Under the pieces are notes generated by a model that worked only from the letters and a program-made list of their open reading frames with translations, had not been told where the DNA came from and searched no databases. Below, in pieces: positions 53,075 through 64,000 of a stretch of 64,000 nucleotides of DNA. The position numbers and the translations under genes are program-made. Source of the DNA: Bugula neritina (Eukaryota; Animalia; Bryozoa). The stretch is from assembly GCA_964035545.1 (NCBI GenBank), contig OZ037765.1:24241504-24305503 (forward strand). The letters run 5' to 3'. The number at the start of each line of letters is the position of its first letter. The stretch's first letter is position 1.

Positions 53075-56057
53075 TTCTGTATTTGGATATCTTCAGGTAT
53101 CGTTGAAGTTTCTGCTCTCTGCATCCTTGTGTATTCTACATGTGTGCTTAATTTAATATTGGAAAATATTCCACAATTCCTATTTATATCTAAGCATATA
53201 AAGTGTATGTGACATTTTAATATATTTTGAACGTAAGTTATAAAAGTGTAATGTGGGTGAAGCAGTATTTTTGGTTTAGTTATTATTTAACTTGATTTTG
53301 TCTAGTTAGTGATAGCTTTTATAAACTCTTAGCATTATGAGAGTGTTATTTCATTACTAGCGAAAATAACAAAAGGCATAGGCTTACTGTGGGGAAGCAA
53401 GTTATTAGAATGAACTGTGTTTTTGTCATCTTTATCGCATGTCCTCAATAAATAATAGTTGTGCCCACCATGTTATTACATTTAAAGGTGTTCTTTCAGG
53501 AGATAAATATTCAACTAGTAACATATATATAATATTAATGCTTCAATATTTTGTAAAATTCTTCATTTTACAAAAAGCATACATTTTAATTAAGGCTTCA
53601 AATACTCAATTGGCACTGGGGAAATAGAAATATATTTTATAAACTGTTTGAAGACTGTAATACTAAGTAGCAACAGGTCTGGAAATGTGTGCGTTGAAAC
53701 CATATATATATTCAGATGTTAATGTACAAAACATAGTAAGTTGCTAATAGAGAGACTCAAGCACAATGGTGGGCATTAAATTCAATTTTCTAAATAGCCT
53801 ATCATAATTATCATATTTATAACAGTTACACTCTAATCAATGTGTAGATTTAATTGAAAGCCTTGATAACTAATATGCATTATATGTTTCTCAATATTTC
53901 CTAGTTTGAAATTTTAGCTCACCCGTTACATACAAATAATCTTCCTATGGCTTGCAGTGGTTAGCTCTATTAGCTGCTAGAGATGTGTGACCACATTAGT
54001 TCAAACATTGCCTGATAGTAGCACTACTGTCTATCTATCACTTCCTTCAATGGAATGGATGAAAACGTAGATTTCATAGCTGATCAACCTACAGCAAATT
54101 CAGAATAGTTTAAAAACTACCTTAACATAAAAATAATAAATGGAGTATATAGGTAAAATTGGTCTGGAGCTTAAGATGAATTTCTATTAGTGGCATAGCT
54201 GAACTGATTAAGTGCAGCAAAAGAAAATTTTTGCTCAAATCTGTGTACTTTTTGGGTTGGATTTCAAGCTAGGTTTCAAAAATTTAAATAAGTCCATTAG
54301 GTTTTTATCAGCTGGGTCAGTGTTGTTTTTAAGAGAAATTAATTCAAGAATAGACCAGTAAAGTTTTTTTAGCAGCTATAATAAATTTATGGAGGTTAAT
54401 TAATTTTTAATCAAAGAAAAAATGAGTTGAAAAAAAACTCCTCCTGTTTTTTTTAAATGCTGCAACTTGAATCGAGACTCATTCAATTTTAATTTTAACT
54501 GTTTGGTTTTTAGTTCAAAGGAGATACCTGCAAGAATAGGCTGAATATTTTGCTTGTCTCTTGAGGTTTACTCTTGACCTTGAACCTAGTTTGAATGTGT
54601 TCCCTTTCTTTTTGCTGCTAAAAATGAGAATTGCTGGATTGTTTTTAATTTTGATTTACAAATAATTTTGTGATGGCAATATTTGTATTTTTTAATTTAT
54701 AAATAATGCTTTACTCTAAAATGTGATTTAGAAATTTATTTTTAGATGATTTTATACTTTACATAAATATATAATGTACTTCAATGCCCATAAGGTATGT
54801 TGTTATTGATTGCCCATGGGCTACAGCTATATGTATTTTTCTTGGAAAAGAATCAAAAAGTTAGTGATAGAAATATTTATACTTGCTTTGTTACTTTTCT
54901 TCAGTACCAAAATAAAAAACATTGAATAATTATTTCAACTACTTATAAGTTTATAGTCATTATCTTAAGAGATTTTGTAGGAATATTCTGTAGAATAGAG
55001 AATTTCTGGTGTTCTGGGGTTGAGCTAGTAGTTATGTTATATACTATTCAAGTCTTCCGAACTTGAAATATCTTCTGAACAGTTATCAAGCAGCTTTACA
55101 ATTCTAAAAAATTAATTGCTGTACTTGAGTTTGAGGATTCTCTCAAATTGTCCATCAAGTTTTACTAAAGAGTACCCTAGTTTAAAGCCATAATAGGTTT
55201 AGATTTAGAACTTTTTACAGCTAATTACCGTTATATAAATATACTGGCAAAATTGTAGAATCTAATGTAAAAAATGTAAAAGCATCCGTACAAATTCCAA
55301 TACTATTATTTCCTTCACAGCATCAATTCCATTTTAAACAACTTTTTCATAGCTTGCTAAAATAAAGTACAATACATAGTTGAAACTGTCTAAAAGCTAG
55401 CTCGTTAGTTAATCAATAATTGGATGTGGCATCATATCTGTGAAACATTCTTAATACGTTTTATATGAGCTATGAGTAACACACAAGGGGTTACTAAGCA
55501 AACATTGACTATAGCTGCTGTCTACAGTACTATAGCATTTGCTCCTTAAATAATTGGTTGACTTTTTATACCTTTGCCGTTCAGTTTAAATTATTTTTTG
55601 CAGAAAATTGTTATACTATGTTGTTATAATCTTGCAAACAGCAGTCCTCTAAAGCTATATATTTATAGAGTTGATAACTGGAGTATTAATGTTAAGTTTT
55701 TTTACTGCAATACTTTGTGCTTCCATTGTCCATTGGTAGGCTTTTATCCAATGTGAAGTCGACAAACAGATTTACTAATGCATTTGAGAACTTGGGCTAA
55801 GTATAAGTCATGTCCATGTATACTATTTCTTATGTACAGCCAGTATAAAGCAAATAAGTTTAATTGTTTTTTTCTAAATAATTTATTACACATCCATTAT
55901 GAGAAGTATGGTCACAGCAGTGTTGAATTTATCAATACTAAGTTACATTACAGCTGGTACACAGCAAGTCAGCTGCACATTAGGGTTTACAGTTTGTTGA
56001 ATATGACACTGTGAATAGGTAATATTACTCCATCTGCCATATGCTGTGTAGCTAGGT

Positions 56058-59000
56058 ATGGCTTTGCCAACAGCTATATTTGTGTTATATGCTTGTTTGA
56101 CTACAGCACATGCAATCAGTATTGGAGTGATTGTACCTGCTAATGGGCCAACTAAAAGGTAAGATTATGCAATATTATTGCTCCATGAAATAAGTTTTTT
56201 TTCATTATATTTCGTCCTAATATCATATAAAGTAGCTAAATATCATATAAAGTAGCTGCCTATGGGTAATATATTTTTGATTGTAGTATTAACATATACC
56301 TATACCAAAGGTGAAGCCTATTATGTTTTATTGAGTGATATCTTGTTTTTCAGGAGAATACATTCAGCTCATAGATTAATAATGTCATTTGATATTATGT
56401 TTTAATGCAAAAAACTTTGAAATCAGTTTTAATTGTTTCAAGTATATTTTAGGTTCTCTGCCTAAAATAGTTTAGCTTTTAAATTTACTAAAAAGAAATT
56501 TTTATGTGTTGTAGAATATCAAGGATTGTATCTGATGCTGTATCTGCTAATACGGCAGAGAATGTTGAGGTTGTGTGGATCAGAGCCCGGTCCGCATCTA
56601 CTGCTGGAACTGTGATAGAGCAGTGGTCTAAATACAAGTTTGTGGCATTGATAGGCTCTATGGGTAGATGTGCTACTCAGTTAGAACTAGCTGCTTCATT
56701 GAACCTTACTGCTTTTACTTGGGTGTGTAATATAACGAATGTGCTATTGTGCTTTAATTTATTTGTAACGAAACTTGATAACTACCAAACTTTTTACCTT
56801 GAAGTTTGCAAGCTTTGCATCACCTGTATATTATATAAGCTTTATGTACAGCATATACTGTATGCTATTTGGTAAGCAAGCTTGTATAGTGTGAAATTAT
56901 AAATCAATAAGATTTTGATTATTAAAACAGTGATGAATTAATATGTGTTAGTTAGCAGTGTCGTTGCATAAAAGTAGTAAAACAGTGACACAATTAAATA
57001 ATCAGTTTGTAAGAAACTAGCCTATTAGACACTGGCTATTCCAGTCATCTAGTCAACAGTTGTGTGTTAGGACTGCTTTTCTAATTATTTCTGCATCTTC
57101 ATTTATACAGTGACTAGCACGTCTAGATGTCCTGCTTACTGATGGAAACTCAAACTATGTTTATTCTATTATTTATTAGGTTTTCTCATATTTTTAAATT
57201 ATATGATTTTATACAATTATATAATTTAAAAAATCTCTTTCATGTTTAAGGACCAAGAAACCTAGAGTTTCATTCTTGAACTTTTCTTCCTTCATACTCA
57301 TAAAAGTTACTCTATCTTTAAATTTTTAGCATCAATTGTCAACTGGTATTACTCACTCTGTATTTAATATCTCCTGCTTACCTTTTGTTTATTTGAATTA
57401 CGGTGCAGCAATATTATAATTATCTAACATTTTTTTTCAATTTCTAGCATTACAGTAAAAAATATTTTTCCCGGAAGGATTGCATAAATTGTAAGTTTTA
57501 TCTAAAGTTGGATCACTGCAGAATTGTTGCGTGGAAGTTGTATTCTTCATTAGAACAGTTTGACTAAAGAACAAACTATACTAATATATTGCTACCAATT
57601 TAACTACTGCACAAATGTGTGTTACAATCAATGTTTTCGTTTAAGCTTTATACTGGCTAGTTTATGTCATGTGCTACAAATGTCCCTATTTAATAATGAA
57701 TCCACTTTTACCTACATTTCTTTATTTCCTCATTTCTCAGTCACACACACAATTATTAAATAGGTAGCAAATTTGTGCAAACTTTTAAAATAGGCTTATA
57801 TGCTTGTAAATTTTGTGCTGTAACAAAACTTTTCTATAAGTTTTGAATTATAGACTATTAGAAAAAAAAATGGAACAACTTTTAATTCAGCAGATTGTTA
57901 AAATATTTGTCTATTGAAACTTTGGATGGATGATCCATAAAATATGTGCACTGCACAAGCAATTTCATTATCTAAAGTAATATATCTACGGAGTCAAACT
58001 CATAGTCATGTTTTATGCCCTTACCAAAATGCCCTAAATTCTGATACCACATAAAATTAGCAACATTTTGCCACCATATATATTGTTATTGAAGAGATTT
58101 ATTATAACATATTTTATCGAGGAATTATTGATATATATGTAATCCCAGCTGAAATAAATCACCATCAATGAATTAATATTTAATACACTAACAGTGAAGC
58201 ATTATGAATAGCAGTATAACATGCAGTAATATCTAAGTGTTGTCCTTATAGCTGTAGAATTAATTATTAACATCAAGGACAATGTTGGTGGCATTTGCAC
58301 TTGATAATATATAAAGTAATGCTGTGGGATGTTTTAGAATTGTCAAAGAAATGAAACTTTTCAACTTCAATCTGATTCTGAGCTGTACTGGTCTCACGTA
58401 AGGCTTGACAACACAGTGATGTCTCTTGTACCACACATTGCATCTCTATACACAAACCCTCAACTCTTAGCAAGAGATACCTGGTCTAAGAGTTCCATAG
58501 CTAATCCTGCTGTACAGCATGTTACTCTAACCAGTACTAGTGAACTTGATGAGGATGTAACACAATTAATGGCTAGAAGACTCAAAGATTTGGGGATTTC
58601 TTGTGATTGGTGCTCTACAAGTTGCAATCACAGCACTGCAGGTAAATATAATAAGTTTATCCATCTGATGTGTTTGTATGATATACCTTTATTTGATATG
58701 TGTGTGTTCAATGTGTTTATAGGATATTTGTTCATATGATATTTATTTAAATATGATACATGTGCTTTAAAATAGTTTCTATAGATTTTTATTCATCTGT
58801 TATATTTCTAGGACAAGTAACTAATAATTCTATTTACATGCAACTAGACTCATTGCAGTTTCAGGCAAATCAATTTCACTAGGTTATACAAGTCAAATGT
58901 CCAATTTTAGGTGTTTTTTTCTCAAGTTCTGCTTTGTTTTTCTCTAGATAAATTTCATTTAGATGACTGGTGCCCAAACAACTGTTCAGAAAAAGCCAGT

Positions 59001-60474
59001 TCTGGTAACATAATTTGTAGCAGAAGGGATGATTTTTGTGTTTTTGCTTCACTTTTTTTAAAAATGTGTTTTATCACCATGGTAACCGACTCAAAAAAGA
59101 GGTCTATGTTGTGAAAGAGTGAGCATTGCTGTACAAAAGCTAATGCTGAAGGCGAAGGAGTCAAACATTTATACATTTTCCAAACTCTTAGAAAAAACTA
59201 AAAGTGCATGTTTGCATGCTTAAAATTGATATTTTTGTTATTTGATGAATGGTGATGCTTTTTGCATGCATAAAGACTTGCACCTACTCATCTGCACACA
59301 GAACTTATATTTGCTGCAAGCAATTCACTTCTACTTACTAAAAATTGAAAGATATTACTTGGTGTTTCTCAAACTTTTGTAATCAACTACAGCACTTTTT
59401 AGTATCTAGTACACTATTGTAAAATATATGAGCAAATATTGCTGTTTATAATTTGTTAAAGTGTTGTATACACTTTGTGCTTTACTAGAAATTAGCACCT
59501 AATTTGGCATGGGGTATGTATTTAAATGATCTGATGCATGAACCACAATCTTGAAAATATGTTTTTATCCTTAGCTAGTAACAAGTTTATAAATAAAGAA
59601 CTTTATACATCACTTTTAATGTCCCAAAAAGGTATAAATTGTAGTGTATACATGTAGTCAAATAATTTCTCGAATTGACATCTTACAAAAAGTTACTTAA
59701 TACAAAGCAGTAGTTTGATAAAATGTAGGAGTGTATGATACAGCACCTACATTGATACTGTCACTGCATATGATTTCATTATGCTATTAGAATGTGGTAT
59801 AATTAAGGAATATCTAGTAAAGAAAGGATGATAATATTCTGACCATTGATTGTGAAATGACACTGTGTTGTATAAGATCTTGAAATGAATGCATAGAAAT
59901 GCAAGAATATAATAACAGCACCTGCATACAGATGTCTTTTGTTTTGTCAGGCAGCATTTTAGTAGTTTATTCTCGCCCTAGTCTGGTCCATCTCTGGCTT
60001 CAGGGTGAGTTGTACAACCAGCGTGATTGGATGGCAGTAATTGTTGTGACGGATGAGACGTTAACATCTTTAGAAACTATTGGTAAGTTCATAGTTACTG
60101 TTTGTGTAAGACAGAATCTAGATGTAAACATAATATTATAGACATGTACATTGTCTGTTTGTTGCAACTAATTACTGGTAAAACTAAGCCAAACTGACAT
60201 TTTATTAATTAATATTTCAAGTTGTTTTGGAAATTAAAAGCATGTAATGACTTCTTGAGATCAAATTAGTTACTCGTAATAATTAATAATTGCTAGTGCT
60301 ACTATGTTGGTTTACGTGTAAATATCTTTCATTTCTTTTAGACTGGAATTTTTTTGGAGTTTCAGAATTTATTAATAAGCTTTTCCTTATTCAACCAACT
60401 CCATCATCTTCTTCAACCCCTTTACCACAGGTAATGTCATACTAATTTATAAAAACTGTTTTCAACTAATTTAT

Positions 60475-60553
<79 letters not shown>

Positions 60554-63500
60554 CAAGCGCCTGCCAGGGTTGACAATGCATTTATTGAACACTTATAATA
60601 TATATTACTTTGCTATACATGTTTCTGCATTTGCTAGCAAAATACACAGATTTCTAAAATGTAAAAGTAAATTCAAACCCTCTACAGTTCACAAACATAC
60701 ACCATTGTAATTGCAAATAAGCTACCACTTTCAATGAGCTAGAGTGCTAGACAGTTTCATTGATTTTTTATTAATTTACATTACAATATAAGTTTACTAA
60801 ATTATAATTGCAGCTGTGGCCTATCAACATCACTATTACAATTATTTTTATTTAATATCATTTCAATTTCCTAACCTCTAGCTCTATATGTTGAAGAACA
60901 TAATGATAATTTGTATTTTTATCTATAGGGGCTTTTGCTTTAGCACATGTTTTTAACATTATTAACATTTTTAAGCCAACTGTTTTATCATATTTTATTA
61001 TTTTTTCTTATCTGTGCAGCTGCTTCCAGATTATTGTTACTTATTATATGCAGACACAGGTATAAAAAAATTATATCTTGTGCATTACACCTTTACTGGC
61101 AGGCATTTAGGCTAGCATTTGATAATGTGCTCAAAGGGAGTTTTGAAATAGCAAACGTGCTGTAATAATACTCTCAATGGTCAACTCGTTCCGCAATTGT
61201 CAATATTTTATGCAACTAAATACAGTTTGACATTTTACTTTCTCCCAGGAACTCCCCAATGATGAGGTGGCATATCACGACAGTGTGGCACTTTTCCTAG
61301 CAGCGAGAAATCAATCTGTAATCAGGGCTAAGAATACTCTCTATGACACCAACTATGGACATACTAAGGCAATCATTAACCATTTACATTCCAGCTGTTA
61401 CACATGTAAGTATAATATTGCTTTATTTAATAAAACTATGTTTCATTGGTGATTTAAAATGAATCAATTTTTGAATTAATAAATTTCTATTACAATTGTT
61501 TACCTATGCTACAACCTTGAAATTCTACTATAAAAGTGCCACCATATTGCATTATTGCTATTACTACTTTGCAAACTATAAAAAGTTTGTTCATCTAATT
61601 TTAGCATTGTCAGGTGAAAGAAAATGCTTTGACAATAACAACTGGGATGTAGGAAGATTTTCTTTGTACCGTTATTTTACAAAAAGCGACATCCAACACT
61701 TGCCGAAATATTGCACAGCTCTGCAGACTAACAGTGTGCAGAATACGCAGAATATAACTGCTGGCAACTTTCAACTCCAAGGGGACTTTGTCAAAACTGA
61801 TGGAACCCATTTAGTGAGTATATATCATGTAACTTAAAGCAGTCCTAAAAGCTGTATGAGAGAATACTGTCGACTTTAACATTTTAAGAACCATTCTGAT
61901 TTATGTTGTGAAACAGTTTCAGCTGAACACCGAAGCATCTCAGAAGTGCACAGAGTCACATACAAAAGCAACTGTACTGTACCCTGTGACTACTACCCCA
62001 GGTTGGTCTGTAGCACGCAATTTGCAGCTTTACTGTAACACAAATTATTGTTACTTGGAACTAAAAAATGTTGCCTGTTGCTAAAAAAATCTTTATTGCA
62101 TATCTATAAAACAGGCAGCGTATACATGAGTATGTAAGGGTAAGTTGAAATAAGTAAAAAGTTGTTTGTTGTGCTCACTAGATGGCTATAATAAATATAC
62201 ACAGTATGTATATGCTAATTATATTATTTTAAATTTGTTATGAATTAATTTTATTAGTAACCAAAATGGCAGCGCTGGGTGCTTTGATAGTGCTGTGCGC
62301 CATATTGTTGCTAATACTGCTGATGGGGATGGTGATTTTCATCTACTACAAGCTCACTCATTACAAAAGAGGAAGGAAGTTTTCCCCAGCTTGGCTTATT
62401 TCTAGCTCAGATATCACAGCCTTCCGGAATCAAACAGACTGTGTAAGTTCAACACCTATATCAGTAGGCCTAATGTATACATTTCTATAGGGATGGTACA
62501 CAGTCTCTGCATTCAACTTCATGCACTTAATTCTAGAATTGTTGAAGAAGTCTCTTGAAATTAATAACCAGTTAAATAAATTGTGCATTTAAAGGTTATA
62601 AGTTGAAATAAGTAAAAGACATTAACTGTTGTGCTCACTAATATATGACTATAATAAATTTGAGTTTATTATTTTTACATTTTATTGCAAGTTAAGATAC
62701 TTTTCCCAAAATTATAGTTGTATTAGAAACAGCGAATGTGGAAATCATAAAACTTTCAAGTCTTATAGTAATGCACTAGCGGATATTACAAAGTATGCCT
62801 TGTATCATATGTATAATATTATTATGTTTATTTCATTTTATGAAGATGTATAACAAATGGCTGCCAGCATTAAGAGTTGTATGATAAAATATTATTTCTA
62901 GCTTTTTTCAATTTTTCCATATGTGATATACATACAGTATGGTTTACTTAACATATAAGCAAATTCTAAATATCTATATAGAGTTTAATTAGGTAGTTTA
63001 ATTTTATTTGCTACAGTAAATGATGTGCACAAATGTCCACAGAATGTGTTGTTTGTGTTAATTTGTTATATTTCTTGTATTTATACCAAAGGGGTCGGGA
63101 GATAGAATTTTCACTCAAGACATGGAATCCATGCTAGAAATGAATGACTGCCCAGCGCTGACCGACTTTGGATATTACAGAGATCAACCTGTAGCCTTGA
63201 AGAGATGGTGTAGTAATGGAATTCTGCTTATCAAATCTGTGAACAAAGATCTAGAGTTGGTGGGTCTTTTCTCTCAGCTGATTGGCTGATCTGTTGAAGA
63301 TATTTTTATAGCACATCGATTTATTCAACACTTGCTATAAAACTACCTAAACTGTGACATTATAATGTGCACAAATGTGTTGTGCCTACATACTACCCTT
63401 TTAATGCAATTGATTTTTGCAATAACCTCTTCCATTAGGCAGGCTTGCTGTTAACATTTTTTAGTGTAGCTCTATGTTCTCGGCATAAAAATTCTGTATA

Positions 63501-63611
63501 TTGCAGATGGTTGGCCTTCATCATGAAAATCTTGCTACATTTTATGGTGTCTGCATCAGTCCATCAGAGTTCATGCTGGTTACTGAATACTGTATAAAAG
63601 GCAGTCTAGAG
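56058..63611 (+). CDS. Receptor (transmembrane) guanylyl cyclase, 5' part; truncated by the window end
   Basis: Signal peptide MALPTAIFVLYACLTTAHA then ISIGVIVP; ANF-receptor-like ALIGSMGRC..LAASLNLTAFTW; TM helix ~62266-62350 followed by W.I...DI; kinase-homology motifs GYYRDQPVALK and MVGLHHENLATFYGVCISPSEFMLVTEYCIKGSLE. The cyclase domain is not in the window. Confidence 0.85.
60480..60544. repeat. (GA)n microsatellite, ~32 units, followed by a G run
   Basis: Direct reading. Confidence 0.98.
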
Positions 63612-64000
63612 GTAGGGGTACTGCTTGCTGATGACAATCTAAATGTGATTAAATATTTAAATGTAATTTTTAAAATATAAAAGATAGCACATAGAAAGTT
63701 GCAGTTTAAGTATTTATTTTTAGCCTTCTGAGTTATTTATAGAATTAGTATTTCACAAAACTCTTCCAACTGCTGCCCACACAGTTTTAGTTTAGAAAGA
63801 GGGTTAACGTTCTTGACTTCTTGTACTACGTTTCTTATCTAGAACATATTAAAGCACTGTTGTTTTTATAACAAGTTTGAAGGTATTTAAGCGCACTGTA
63901 TGTTTATAGAAAACAGTACTATAATAAACAGCTCAATAAAAATAAACAAATACAACTTTTTATTACGAATAACCTTCACCTACATATAGAGTAGTATGAT

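Noticed and set aside
60474-60710. ORF with an ERERER run
   Set aside because: It is the translation of the intronic (GA)n microsatellite.

Overview
AT-rich, intron-dense animal (invertebrate-type) genomic DNA, so the ORF track mostly shows exon fragments. Splicing by hand gives seven loci. (1) A minus-strand ROCO (Roc-COR) GTPase gene with two consecutive GC-AG introns, no visible LRR or kinase, and a C-terminal CaaX box (KKSSSKVCIIL*). (2-3) Two tandem SOUL/heme-binding-family genes with signal peptides. (4) An ANKRD49-like ankyrin ORF that appears to splice in frame into an RBBP9-like serine hydrolase lacking its own start codon. (5) Enhancer of Polycomb (EPC1/2-like), divergent from locus 4. 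(6-7) Two head-to-head peroxisomal acyl-CoA oxidase (ACOX1-like) paralogs with patchy near-identity suggesting gene conversion. The 5' part of a receptor guanylyl cyclase runs off the right end. Non-coding features include a 330-bp TIR/TSD-bounded MITE, a dispersed ~70-bp repeat, mini- and microsatellites, and 3/6-bp periodic tracts flanking both divergent promoters. Exon boundaries were read manually and no database searches were run.
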